A stretch of DNA of 64,000 nt from positions 59,916 through 123,915 of the IMG/VR virus record IMGVR_UViG_3300025117_000028; one strand, 5' to 3'. Source of the stretch: a virus. Both the position numbers and the translations under genes were made by a program. The notes under the pieces were generated by a model. It was not told where the DNA came from. It did not search any database and saw only the letters and a program-made list of their open reading frames with translations. The stretch's first letter is position 1, and the number at the start of each line of letters is the position of its first letter. Shown in pieces: positions 9,988-19,664 of the stretch.

Positions 9988-10472
9988 GCGAAGTTACAGA
10001 GACCATTATAGTCCAACAAGTTGTTTTATCTGTAGCCGGAGCTTCTACAGTCGCATATGACATATTAGTTGATGGTCGTTATTGCAATTTTAATATCCTA
10101 GAAGAAGATGGAACTGATTATTTAAAAGTTAAAGACGATGATGCTAGGATAGGAGATATTGTAGTATGGCGCTCTTCGGATACTACTCCTAAGATTAGAA
10201 TTACTTTCACTTCTGCTTTTGAAGGATTGTTAGTTGTATTGGGTGGAGCAACTGAAACTTATGAAATTCTTGACCGTATAGATGATTTAGAAATCGCGGT
10301 TAATACTTTGATTAATGCTGCAAATTATAAATTTGCTAAAGTTGTTCCTGTAAGTTCTGCTATTGACATTGTATCCAATCGTTGTTCTACAGTAGAGACT
10401 CGTCTACTTGATATAGAAGAACAACTTACCCGTCTCAATCGTTACTTAAACACTACTACAGTGATTAGTTAA
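9984..10472 (+). CDS. Hypothetical protein (beta N-terminus, coiled-coil C-terminus)
   Basis: 162 aa ORF with ATGA coupling. Confidence 0.5.
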   Translation: MSEVTETIIVQQVVLSVAGASTVAYDILVDGRYCNFNILEEDGTDYLKVKDDDARIGDIVVWRSSDTTPKIRITFTSAFEGLLVVLGGATETYEILDRIDDLEIAVNTLINAANYKFAKVVPVSSAIDIVSNRCSTVETRLLDIEEQLTRLNRYLNTTTVIS

Positions 10473-10541
10473 CGAAACCCTTCTGTCTAATTAGTTTCTA
10501 AGTTACAATAAATTTTAATATAGTTTTATTTGGAGTATTTC

Positions 10542-11510
10542 ATGGGCGAATTACGTGATATTAATTTATTAGGTCGAATGAACCAAGCTGTAACCAGCAA
10601 AGTGACTTTACCATATCGTTCAGATTGGTTAAGACCCACAGAAGCATCAGTTATAGACATCCATGGTAACGTTCTGGGCCATTGCGCGCGTTCTATTTAC
10701 TACCGCATCAAAGGGGAAGGGGTTACCAATCCTATGTCTCTAAAGGCCTTAAAACGCGCTGAATTGGGCAACTATGTAGAAGAGGCAATTCGGAATAGAA
10801 TTCGCGACACTGGATTATATGTCGGATCTAATATGAGGTATAGAAACCAAGAATATAATATTTCTGGAGAAATGGATTGCTTAGTAAAACATGGAACTGA
10901 TTATATTGCCGTAGAAGTAAAAAGTTTCTGGGGGTATAACGCAGAACGTGAAATTATGGGAGGTTGGAGAGGTAGAGGAAATGGACGTTATTTTGAACCT
11001 GGTAAACCAAAGGATAATCATCTTTTACAATTATTAGTTTATATTTCTTCTTTTAATGAAACTAGAGCAGAAGAAAATAATGGTTTCTTTTTAACCGGAG
11101 GTAAATTAATTTATTCTTCGCGTGACACACAAGATGACAAAGAATTTGATGTAGAAATTGTAGAAGGAGCCAATGGAGTTCATCACGCAAAAGTATCTTG
11201 TTTGTGTGAAGACGGAAATTATCATAGAGTCCTAAGAGACGACTTTACTATAGAAGGACTATACGAACGTTATGTTTTTATCCAAGGCAAAATAAATAGG
11301 AACGAAATCCCAAACCGTGAATTTAGGAGATTTCTAACTAACGCTGAAATTACTACTGCTGCAGAAAGTGGAGAAATTTCTAAAACTACTTATGCAGAAT
11401 GGCAACGAAGTCCTAATGAGCTTAATACAGAAAAATGTGGAGGATCATGGCAATGTTGCTACTGCGATTTCAAACAAATTTGTACACCTTGGGCAGCTAG
11501 ACAAAACTAA
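10542..11510 (+). CDS. Cas4/RecB-like PD-(D/E)xK nuclease
   Basis: CARSIYY, SGEMDCLV, VEVKS, HLLQLLVY and C-terminal CCYCDFKQIC; start moved to the ATG at 10542 behind GGAG. Confidence 0.8.
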   Translation: MGELRDINLLGRMNQAVTSKVTLPYRSDWLRPTEASVIDIHGNVLGHCARSIYYRIKGEGVTNPMSLKALKRAELGNYVEEAIRNRIRDTGLYVGSNMRYRNQEYNISGEMDCLVKHGTDYIAVEVKSFWGYNAEREIMGGWRGRGNGRYFEPGKPKDNHLLQLLVYISSFNETRAEENNGFFLTGGKLIYSSRDTQDDKEFDVEIVEGANGVHHAKVSCLCEDGNYHRVLRDDFTIEGLYERYVFIQGKINRNEIPNREFRRFLTNAEITTAAESGEISKTTYAEWQRSPNELNTEKCGGSWQCCYCDFKQICTPWAARQN

Positions 11511-11536
11511 TCTGGGAGAATTGATTTTAAGGTACT

Positions 11537-14155
11537 ATGCGTATAAATAATTTAGATGAATTAATCCAAAATTTAAAACTGCGTTTAAAAGAATATTTAC
11601 AAATGCACGACATAGATACGTCGCGGCATTTTTTTTGTATAAACCCTGAGCATGAAGAAACTGTTCCTTCTTGTAGTATAGTTCCATCTAACCCATTGAT
11701 AGGACATTGCTTTTCCTGTTTAAATAGTTTTGATATATTTCGTGCTGCACATTGGTTAGAAGATTTGCCAGAAGAAGGGGATGATTTTGTTAAAATAACT
11801 GTCCCTACTTTAGCTGCAAAGTTTGGTTTATCAGTTGAATATACTGAAGCAACCGACGAAGAAAAATATCGGATCAAAACTTATGCGGCATATAAAGCTG
11901 CTGCAGAATATATCGCTTCTAATATTACTCCTTTGGCCATGGCTGAAATTGAACGTAGAGGTTGGCCTTTAGATTTAGTTAAAGAAGAATATATTGGTTC
12001 TGTCCCAGACTATAGAAGTTTTAGACAGCATCTTAAAAGTTTAGATTTTGAGGCGCGCTTTTTAGACGATATAGACTTAGATAGACAAGATATCTTCAAT
12101 GAAAATAATTTACTTTTTACTGTTTCTGACGAGTATGGTAAACCAGTTGGGTTTGCTGCTCGTAATCTTATGTATGAACAAGAAAGCAAAGACTTTGAAA
12201 ATAATAGAAGAGGCGAAGCACCTAAAAAATATATTAATTCTAAAACCGGAACTGGTCCTAAGTGCAATATATATCAAAAGTCAAAACGACTTTATATGTT
12301 ACATAGAGCAAAAAAATGGCAACCACCTCTCTATATAGTAGAAGGATATAGTGATGCTATTACTTTAGTTGCTCATGGAATAAATAATGTAGCCGCTTGT
12401 GGTGGGACTGCTTTTACAGATGACCACATAGATCTACTCAACCAATTAAAGATACGCGAAATTTGTCTTATGCTTGATGGAGATGAACCTGGACAAAAGC
12501 GTATGGAAAAAATCATTCAAGAAAAATTTTCTCAATATAGAAATTTTGAGATTGGAATTATTACAATTCCAGATAAGAAAGATCCCGATGATTATATCAG
12601 AGAATTTGGGCCAGAAGAATTTTTAAAGTTACCAGTATTTACTCCATTTGAATGGAAACTTCGTAGGTATGAAGACCGCGAAGATCCTAATAAGATTGTC
12701 GTCGAAATGATTCCTTTGATTATTACAGAGTCTTCTCATATTAAAAGAGAAGACATGATACGTGACTTAGCTACTCATACTGGATATTCCCAAGAAGCTA
12801 TCTTAGCAGAAGTTTCAAGAATGGAAGATAGTAGTGAAGAAGTTAAAATCAATGAATTTAAAAATGTCGGAACTTGGATTTCGTCAGAAATAAAAAGAAA
12901 TCCAGGGCAAATTGAACTCATTCTTTCTCAAGGTATAGAACGAGTTGGTAGTTTAACCGAGAATTTTAAAACCACAGATCTTTTTGACGTGTGTTTAAAG
13001 ACAGTTCAAGACAATAAACTAGAAGAAGAAGTAAGGCCAGCACAAGTTAAAGCCTTGAATCTTGGTCCTAACTTTACTGAACTATCTCGTTGTATAGAAG
13101 GAAACTGGTCCGATTCAGTTGCTTTCTTTATTGGAGGCGGAGCTAATGCAGGTAAATCTTTATGGCTTTCTCAGTTAGCTTACAATATTGCTAAACACAC
13201 TGAAGATGTAATTGTATTTGTACAAACACTAGACGACAATAAGTCTCAATGGGAAAGTAAAGTATTAGCTTGTATAGCCCAAAATCATATAGATAGAGAT
13301 ACACCCGCATACATTTCTATTAATAAGTTAAGAAATCCTAGTTATTATACGCAACCCGAATTACTAGAGAGAGAAGGAAATGACCAGCTATTAGCTATCA
13401 GAGATAAAGCATACAATGAATATATGGAGTTAATTAGAGGTCGTAAATTACTTGTGGTTGATGCCACCGGAAATGAAGCTGGATTAGGTAAATGTCCAGA
13501 TTTTAAAACTGCCATTACTTTCTTAACTATGCTTCGCAAGAAAAATCCTACTAAAAAGATAGTATGGGTGTTAGATAACTTCCATGATTTATTAGACGGA
13601 GACGCAGAAGATGAACCCGTCCGAGTCAAAAAATTAGCCAAACAATATCGAACTTTAGTCAAACGGCTAAAGCTTATTGCTTTCGCAAGCGTAGAATATA
13701 CCAAACTTGATCCTAAAGAAAGACCAAATAATCGTAAGATCGCATGGAGTGTCTCATTGGAATATGCAGCTAGTATGATTATCCATATCTATAACAAATT
13801 GAATGGATTCATACAATGTGGAGAAGGTGATCTATGTGATGCATACCACGAAGGGAAACCTTGGATGAGATCTCTAATGAACAATATAGAGAAAATGCCT
13901 ATTGTAGAATTGATTATTGGTAAAAATAAAATTACCAGTGTCAAAAATGAAGTATTCTATATGAAGATGTACCCTGATTTAGGACGACTTGAAGGTATTA
14001 CAAGTGAAGAATATAAACAGATTATTACCGAACATCAAGGTGAGATAGTACAAGACCTTAACGATGATAAGACAATGCAAGCTAAATATCTATGGAATAC
14101 TGAAGGTCTATTAAGTGAACATAAGAAGAAGTGGGCTAAAGAGATTGTTCAATGA
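11537..14155 (+). CDS. dnaG: DNA primase-helicase fusion (CHC2 Zn finger + Toprim + DnaB-like helicase)
   Basis: FCINPEH..HCFSC Zn finger; IVEGYSDA, MLDGDEPG and KDPDDY Toprim motifs; Walker A GGGANAGKS; Walker B WVLDNFH. Confidence 0.9.
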   Translation: MRINNLDELIQNLKLRLKEYLQMHDIDTSRHFFCINPEHEETVPSCSIVPSNPLIGHCFSCLNSFDIFRAAHWLEDLPEEGDDFVKITVPTLAAKFGLSVEYTEATDEEKYRIKTYAAYKAAAEYIASNITPLAMAEIERRGWPLDLVKEEYIGSVPDYRSFRQHLKSLDFEARFLDDIDLDRQDIFNENNLLFTVSDEYGKPVGFAARNLMYEQESKDFENNRRGEAPKKYINSKTGTGPKCNIYQKSKRLYMLHRAKKWQPPLYIVEGYSDAITLVAHGINNVAACGGTAFTDDHIDLLNQLKIREICLMLDGDEPGQKRMEKIIQEKFSQYRNFEIGIITIPDKKDPDDYIREFGPEEFLKLPVFTPFEWKLRRYEDREDPNKIVVEMIPLIITESSHIKREDMIRDLATHTGYSQEAILAEVSRMEDSSEEVKINEFKNVGTWISSEIKRNPGQIELILSQGIERVGSLTENFKTTDLFDVCLKTVQDNKLEEEVRPAQVKALNLGPNFTELSRCIEGNWSDSVAFFIGGGANAGKSLWLSQLAYNIAKHTEDVIVFVQTLDDNKSQWESKVLACIAQNHIDRDTPAYISINKLRNPSYYTQPELLEREGNDQLLAIRDKAYNEYMELIRGRKLLVVDATGNEAGLGKCPDFKTAITFLTMLRKKNPTKKIVWVLDNFHDLLDGDAEDEPVRVKKLAKQYRTLVKRLKLIAFASVEYTKLDPKERPNNRKIAWSVSLEYAASMIIHIYNKLNGFIQCGEGDLCDAYHEGKPWMRSLMNNIEKMPIVELIIGKNKITSVKNEVFYMKMYPDLGRLEGITSEEYKQIITEHQGEIVQDLNDDKTMQAKYLWNTEGLLSEHKKKWAKEIVQ

Positions 14156-14820
14156 CCTACGAAGATATTTATAGTTTTTTATATTGTCCTTATACTTTAA
14201 ATTTTGGAAAAGTTAAACGTCAAGTAGACGTAACAATTCTAGAAGATATGGCCGTAAGGACTTTTAGACAAGAAAAAGAACAAAAAACTTGTCTAACTCA
14301 AAATGAATTCACAAAATTATTCAATAAATATTTTTGGAGTAACAAGGAATTAAACGAAACGTCAATGACATTATCTAATCAATGGTATTCTATAGTTTTA
14401 CAATGGTTTAAATGGTATAAAAATTATGAAGGTGAATTACTTAATATATACGTTCCATTTTTATTAGATACTGTATTAGCTGATTATTTTATTGCGCCTT
14501 TAGTTTTTTTTGATAAAACATTAATTGTACATACATTTAATCAAAAATTAGATTCATTAGCTTTATTTAACAAAGATTTATATTACCGTACTTTAGGGTT
14601 AGCAATTTATCAACAATTTAAAGTTTACGCACATATAACAAATTGGTATGTTACTCCAAGAAATATAGTACGTAATTTTACGTTAGAGACTAACGATGCT
14701 TTTTTACATAGAACAGAAGAATTACTAGTTGAAATAATCAATCGTATACGAAATAAAACACGTTACCCGGTATTAGAAAGATGCAAGGATTGCTTGCACA
14801 AAGATATTTGTTTTTTGTGA
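14152..14820 (+). CDS. Degenerate Cas4/PD-(D/E)xK-like protein
   Basis: N-terminal YSFLYCPY and C-terminal RCKDCLHKDIC Cys pattern; no clear D..ExK catalytic motif. Confidence 0.5.
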   Translation: MTYEDIYSFLYCPYTLNFGKVKRQVDVTILEDMAVRTFRQEKEQKTCLTQNEFTKLFNKYFWSNKELNETSMTLSNQWYSIVLQWFKWYKNYEGELLNIYVPFLLDTVLADYFIAPLVFFDKTLIVHTFNQKLDSLALFNKDLYYRTLGLAIYQQFKVYAHITNWYVTPRNIVRNFTLETNDAFLHRTEELLVEIINRIRNKTRYPVLERCKDCLHKDICFL

Positions 14821-14826
14821 GGAATT

Positions 14827-15018
14827 ATGGATAAAACAATTATTATATATGAAGACAAAGAAATAGGAGAAACTATTAAGGAAGAAAAGAAAAAGAAGAG
14901 CAATAGAGATCCTATTTTTCTTGTTTGTCCCTACTGTGATACCGATATTGAAGTAGGAAACGATCGAGGCAGGATTCTTTGCTCATCTTGTGGAGGACTA
15001 GCTGGATACGTAAAATGA
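14827..15018 (+). CDS. Small Zn-ribbon protein
   Basis: CPYC...CSSC. Confidence 0.6.
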   Translation: MDKTIIIYEDKEIGETIKEEKKKKSNRDPIFLVCPYCDTDIEVGNDRGRILCSSCGGLAGYVK

Positions 15019-15401
15019 GCGTTTTAAATGATCTAGTTGGAAAAGCTATTAAAGAATCTGCTTACTTTAAGTTTCATAAAATTAAAGCTGAATATCCTTT
15101 AAATAGTATTAATCCCGATTGGAAATCTAAGAAAGAAAAAGTTGACTGGGCCATTCTATCTTGGGGAATAGCAATTGAAGTAGATGGAGAACATCATTCT
15201 AAACCTACAAGATATGGAGGTATATCAGAAGGAGAAGCCGAAGATAAATTTGTTTCTCAAGTACGAAGAGATGACTATAAAAACTTTTATTGTCATGAAG
15301 CAGGTTGGCAACTTATAAGAATAAGTTATTTAGAACGATTAAAAACCGAAGACGAAATTATAGACTTTATCTTAGATGAGGTAGTAAATGGGGCAGGTTA
15401 A
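15015..15401 (+). CDS. DUF559/Vsr-like endonuclease
   Basis: VDWAI..IAIEVDGEHH..RDDYKN..GWQLIRISY; start at 15015 by ATGA overlap. Confidence 0.8.
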   Translation: MSVLNDLVGKAIKESAYFKFHKIKAEYPLNSINPDWKSKKEKVDWAILSWGIAIEVDGEHHSKPTRYGGISEGEAEDKFVSQVRRDDYKNFYCHEAGWQLIRISYLERLKTEDEIIDFILDEVVNGAG

Positions 15402-15990
15402 AACTGATAAATGGATCCTACCCGAAGGAGAGACTTGGCCAAATAAAACAGCCCCAATCAAACACATTGTTTTACATTGTACTGATGTACAACCAGGAAT
15501 CAATCAAAAAGAATGGGATGTTATAGCCAATATAAACAAAAATTACAGACGACCAAATAATCACATAAGTACAAAACCACTACCATCAATACCATATCAT
15601 TACGCAATAGGTGAATCTCAAGTATGGTGGCTCTTGGATGAGAAAAAACTAACATGGCACGCTAAAGGGATTAATATGTCTTCAATAGGATTAGCTATGT
15701 TATATAGAGCTACAAATAGTAGATATTCGCCTCCTTACACTATGATGCTACGAGTAATAGATTTAATTGCTGAATTATTATTTAAATTTAAACTAAACTT
15801 AGATAGCACAAAACTTAGTCCAAACACATCGGTTATGGGTCATAGAGAAGTTGGAAAATACTTAGATATGACAACTGAGAAGGGTCCAACGGTGTTGAAA
15901 GAATGTCCAGGAAATCTTATAGACCTGGATTTACTACGGTATGAAGTTATGTTACGATATGAAATTTTATTTGGAGGAAAAAATGGATAA
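15388..15990 (+). CDS. N-acetylmuramoyl-L-alanine amidase (Amidase_2), probable endolysin
   Basis: IVLHCT, YHYAI, WHAKGIN, MGHREV and KECPG Zn-amidase motifs. Confidence 0.85.
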   Translation: MGQVKTDKWILPEGETWPNKTAPIKHIVLHCTDVQPGINQKEWDVIANINKNYRRPNNHISTKPLPSIPYHYAIGESQVWWLLDEKKLTWHAKGINMSSIGLAMLYRATNSRYSPPYTMMLRVIDLIAELLFKFKLNLDSTKLSPNTSVMGHREVGKYLDMTTEKGPTVLKECPGNLIDLDLLRYEVMLRYEILFGGKNG

Positions 15991-16135
15991 TTTATATATT
16001 AGCGAAGACGATCTTAAAAATGCAGTAACTAATTCAAACGCTTCACAGGTTTTCGTGGAAACTCTCTACGACGAAGATGAGGATATGTTAGAATATATAT
16101 TAGAGGCCGATAATTCTATCTTCTTTAATTGCTAA
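15983..16135 (+). CDS. Small acidic hypothetical protein
   Basis: GGAGG RBS before the ATG at 15983. Confidence 0.5.
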   Translation: MDNLYISEDDLKNAVTNSNASQVFVETLYDEDEDMLEYILEADNSIFFNC

Positions 16136-16136
16136 A

Positions 16137-16460
16137 ATGCATAGGTCAACTTGGAAAGCAATGGAAAGGAGAATAGCTCGGTTTTTTGGTGGGGAACGTA
16201 ATATAGGATCGGGGTCATTGAACAGACCGGATAGATCATCGTCAGATAGCACACATCCTACTCTCTATATAGAGTGTAAGAGTCGTAAGAGTTTTTCCCT
16301 ACTTACGCTTTGGCGCGACACACTTATAAAAGCTAATAAAGAAAAGAAAATTCCTTTGGTTGCCATTCACGAGCTTGGCAAACAGGGCGATTTTTTGCTT
16401 CTTAAAAAGGAGGATCTGCAAGCCATAGCAGCTCTTGTTTCGGAAGGTAAATTTGATTAA
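16137..16460 (+). CDS. Hjc-like Holliday junction resolvase
   Basis: WKAMERRIA..GSG..D..LYIECKSRK pattern. Confidence 0.7.
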   Translation: MHRSTWKAMERRIARFFGGERNIGSGSLNRPDRSSSDSTHPTLYIECKSRKSFSLLTLWRDTLIKANKEKKIPLVAIHELGKQGDFLLLKKEDLQAIAALVSEGKFD

Positions 16461-16491
16461 CCACTGCCCGTAAATTGAGTAGGAGAAAAAC

Positions 16492-17793
16492 ATGAATATC
16501 TGTATTGTTGACACAAATGTCCTTCTTGCCGATCCTTATATTGTAAATAAATTAGATGATGATCTCATTGTCGTTCCTCTTGCTGTCATAATGGAAATAG
16601 ACAAGAAGAAAAAAGAACAATCAGATATTGGAATTTCCGCTCGCGAAACTTCTCGGGTTTTAAATAAATTAATAAGTGCGCCTGAAGTTCTTAATGCCAA
16701 AGGCAAAAAAATCGAATTTAAAGACGCGCAGACTCTTTATCCTTGCGAATTAAATAGCAGACTTAATCCACTTTTTGCCGACGATGCCATTGTCATGATT
16801 GCAGCAGATTATGCAACGAATAATTTAAAAGACACAGTTGTTGTCTTCTCTGAAGATATTGCAGTAAGACTTAGAGCCAGAGCTTATGGAGTTAAGTTTA
16901 GAAGTCTAGATAAGTTTTCTATAAAGACTGAAGGTCTATATTCCGGCTGGAGAACTGTAACTGTTAAAACAGAAATCATTGACAGACTTTATGATAAAAG
17001 GATTGTAAAGGTAAAAGAAAAAGTTTTCTTCCCTAATGAGTGTGTTTTATTAAAATCTGAAGATGATAAAAGTCAAGCCTTAGCTCGTTTTGTTGAGAGT
17101 CGGGGAGGGTTAGTTCCTGTTACGACAAAGAATAAAAAAGCCTATGGTCTTGTATCTAAAAATCTAGAGCAGAGTTTTGCTTTAGATCTTTTATTTGACC
17201 CAGCAATTAAATTAGTAACTTTAACCGGAGAGAGTGGTACGGGTAAAACAATTCTTGCCTGTGCTGCTGCTCTTCAGCAAACACTCGAAGATCATGAATA
17301 TAGAAAGGTTTTAATTAGCCGTCCTATATTCCCATTAGGAAAAGACATCGGTTTCCTCCCTGGTCCGGCTTCTGAAAAATTAGACCCTTGGATGCAACCA
17401 ATTTATGATAATATTGAACTACTTAACTCGTTTAATCAACCAAAGAAAAATCACAAAGGTCAATCTAAAGAGAGAATAGTAGAAGAGTTAATAGAGGTCG
17501 AACCTATTACATATATTAGAGGACGTTCTATTCCACAACAATTTTTTATTATAGATGAAGCACAAAATACAACACGACACGAAATAAAAACAATTATCAC
17601 TCGTGTAGGAGAAGGAACTAAAATAGTCCTCACTGGAGATATTAAACAAATAGATAACCCTCATGTAGATATGTTCTCTAATGGACTGTCTTATGTGGCA
17701 GAGAAATTTAAGGGATATGCTATTGCTGGTCATCTTGCTTTAACAAAAGGAGAGAGATCAGATTTGGCGACTTTAGCTTCTAAAATTTTATGA
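16492..17793 (+). CDS. phoH: PIN-domain PhoH-family ATPase (PhoH2/YlaK type)
   Basis: VDTNVLL PIN start; GESGTGKT Walker A; RGRSI, IIDEAQN and GDIKQID motifs. Confidence 0.92.
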   Translation: MNICIVDTNVLLADPYIVNKLDDDLIVVPLAVIMEIDKKKKEQSDIGISARETSRVLNKLISAPEVLNAKGKKIEFKDAQTLYPCELNSRLNPLFADDAIVMIAADYATNNLKDTVVVFSEDIAVRLRARAYGVKFRSLDKFSIKTEGLYSGWRTVTVKTEIIDRLYDKRIVKVKEKVFFPNECVLLKSEDDKSQALARFVESRGGLVPVTTKNKKAYGLVSKNLEQSFALDLLFDPAIKLVTLTGESGTGKTILACAAALQQTLEDHEYRKVLISRPIFPLGKDIGFLPGPASEKLDPWMQPIYDNIELLNSFNQPKKNHKGQSKERIVEELIEVEPITYIRGRSIPQQFFIIDEAQNTTRHEIKTIITRVGEGTKIVLTGDIKQIDNPHVDMFSNGLSYVAEKFKGYAIAGHLALTKGERSDLATLASKIL

Positions 17794-17799
17794 GGTATA

Positions 17800-18136
17800 A
17801 TGAAAACAGTTACAAAAGAACAGTTTGTACAATTTTTGAATGAACTTTTAGCGCTAGACAAAGAAGCAATACAGAAATTATTTTTTTTATAGGGTACCAT
17901 GCAATAAATCCATGGCTGGTCATCCAACAGTACAGTGTAGAAAGATGAGCGACGAGACCTATTCAATGGGTCTTCTAGGATTATTGAATGGATTATTTGA
18001 TGGTCCTGATGAGCATCCTCATTGGGGAGCTTTTTATAGGAACGTAAATGTGGATGATAATGGTGACGAGATTGAACTTATTAGTTTTGGCGTTATAACT
18101 AATGAACTAATAAAAAGCTGGAAAGAACAAGAATAA
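17800..18136 (+). pseudogene. Phage hypothetical gene split by a +1 frameshift in a T8 run
   Basis: ATG 17800 (GAGG RBS) reads MKTVTKEQF...IQKLFFL-stop. Removing one T from 17881-17888 gives ...FFYRVPCNKSMAGHPTVQC, joining the 17912 ORF. Confidence 0.65.
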
Positions 18137-18150
18137 ATAAGGAGTTTTTT

Positions 18151-18219
18151 ATGGCAGATAAGAAAAAGAAGTGTGGGAAGAAGAAGAAGGATTGTCAAGA
18201 TTGCGATTGCGATTCTTGA
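18151..18219 (+). CDS. 22-aa Lys/Cys-rich micropeptide MADKKKKCGKKKKDCQDCDCDS
   Basis: AAGGAG RBS at about 18139-18144; below the ORF-track length cutoff. Confidence 0.5.
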   Translation: MADKKKKCGKKKKDCQDCDCDS

Positions 18220-18446
18220 GGAGTTTCTAGCACTCTAAAAAAATAATATTCTCTCATCTCATTTTTTCTCCATTTAATGCCTGGTATGCTATCAAGCATT
18301 TTATCTATATCCAAAGAACAAAGACAACATCCAAAATCTGAGATTTTATCATAAGCTTCGTCTTTAATTACTTGACCGCCTAAATGTTTGACGATCATTA
18401 TAAAGTCTTCTACTCTATCTATTTCGAATTTGGCTTTAGAGCACAT
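18195..18446 (-). CDS. Hypothetical protein
   Basis: 83 aa, GAGG RBS, GCCLC motif. Confidence 0.55.
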   Translation of the reverse strand: MCSKAKFEIDRVEDFIMIVKHLGGQVIKDEAYDKISDFGCCLCSLDIDKMLDSIPGIKWRKNEMREYYFFRVLETPQESQSQS

Positions 18447-18478
18447 ACGTCCTCTCTATTTGTTTTGTCTTTTTATTA

Positions 18479-18709
18479 TTAAACTTTTAAATGAAATATT
18501 TCTTCTAATAACTCTTTCGTAAGATGGTTGTATGGCTGTATTGATATTGTGTCATGTACCACGTCAAGCCAATACCATATACATGTCTCTTCTCCTGGGT
18601 TTTCCCGTTGTTTCCTCCGTATATCTTCGCCATGAATTTCAAGATAGTTGTTTACTATGTTATCGATTCCCTGGCGTATTGTGTCCATTACTTCTTTTGT
18701 TAATGGCAA
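18479..18709 (-). CDS. Hypothetical protein
   Basis: 76 aa ORF on the block strand. Confidence 0.45.
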   Translation of the reverse strand: MPLTKEVMDTIRQGIDNIVNNYLEIHGEDIRRKQRENPGEETCIWYWLDVVHDTISIQPYNHLTKELLEEIFHLKV

Positions 18710-18835
18710 TCCTACAAAGCTATTTAGGAAATTTCTAAGAGTGGCAGAGGAGTTAGATACAAGTTTGAGATAGAATTGATTCAGAGTATTTCATGCTTCT
18801 TCATTTTTATCGGTTCTCCTGATTTCGTTTTTACC

Positions 18836-19273
18836 TCACGGTGTTGGTCTTTTAGCGTTGCACCGATAGCATAATGGACGTCTACCGTCGTCCTGGTACA
18901 CGATGTTGCCAATTTCTGGAGCAAACCCACAGACATTACAGCATTCCCTTTCCTCTTCCTCGTCTTCTACTGTAGCCTTCCATTTCATATCTGCTTCTTG
19001 CGACGCCCTAAGAGCACTTTTACAAGCATAAGAGATTGATTCCTGGTTTCGTTTTAACCTGGCAATTTCTATCTCAGCAGTATTTAAATTTGCCGCAATA
19101 ATACGTATAGTTGCTTCGAGATAATCAATTAAACTACAAGGATCAGCATCAAGAGACTGAAGTTTTTCGCCCCTAAGTTGGTCTTGCTTCCCCTCTGTGT
19201 CGTAAATAATAGCATAAATGTAAGAATCGTATTCTTGTTCCTCTTCTTTTTCTTCGGTGGTCTCAATAATCAT
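18836..19273 (-). CDS. Hypothetical protein with C-terminal Zn ribbon
   Basis: CNVC...CYRC; coiled-coil middle. Confidence 0.55.
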   Translation of the reverse strand: MIIETTEEKEEEQEYDSYIYAIIYDTEGKQDQLRGEKLQSLDADPCSLIDYLEATIRIIAANLNTAEIEIARLKRNQESISYACKSALRASQEADMKWKATVEDEEEERECCNVCGFAPEIGNIVYQDDGRRPLCYRCNAKRPTP

Positions 19274-19494
19274 TCATCACCTGTCGTTTTGTCTTTAAAA
19301 AACTTACATGTCAAATATAAGACTCCTAGAGTGTCTCTTGATACTGCATAGTCATCTAGGTCAACTATTTCCTTACAGTTGTCCCAAGGACCCTTTGTGC
19401 AAAATTGGCAACAATAAAGTATGTGTTCAATATCTGCGAATTTATCTCTCTCTGGTAATCCTTCTGTCCACGCATATCCTGGTTGGTGACTCAT
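19270..19494 (-). CDS. Small Cys-rich hypothetical protein
   Basis: CCQFC..C..C; ATGA overlaps. Confidence 0.5.
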   Translation of the reverse strand: MSHQPGYAWTEGLPERDKFADIEHILYCCQFCTKGPWDNCKEIVDLDDYAVSRDTLGVLYLTCKFFKDKTTGDE

Positions 19495-19607
19495 GATTTC
19501 CTCCCGTACTTTTCTCGGTCTAACTCATCAACAGCACTCCTTTTCAGATATTCACCCTCAGCAAGGGCAAGCAGTAACTTTTCCCGAGCGATTTCCTTTT
19601 GCTTCAT
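19491..19607 (-). CDS. 38-aa hypothetical (MKQKEIAREKLLLALAEGEY...)
   Basis: Fills the gap on the block strand; stop overlaps the next ATG; GAGGAG upstream. Confidence 0.4.
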   Translation of the reverse strand: MKQKEIAREKLLLALAEGEYLKRSAVDELDREKYGRKS

Positions 19608-19664
19608 GTCACTGGCCGCAGACTCCTCGCTGGTAAACGATCTCGTTTCGATCTCGTGTAGAGT

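Noticed and set aside
10542-11510. CRISPR-Cas locus around the Cas4-like gene
   Set aside because: No cas1/cas2 or effector genes and no regularly spaced repeat array seen; standalone Cas4-like nucleases are common in phage replication modules.
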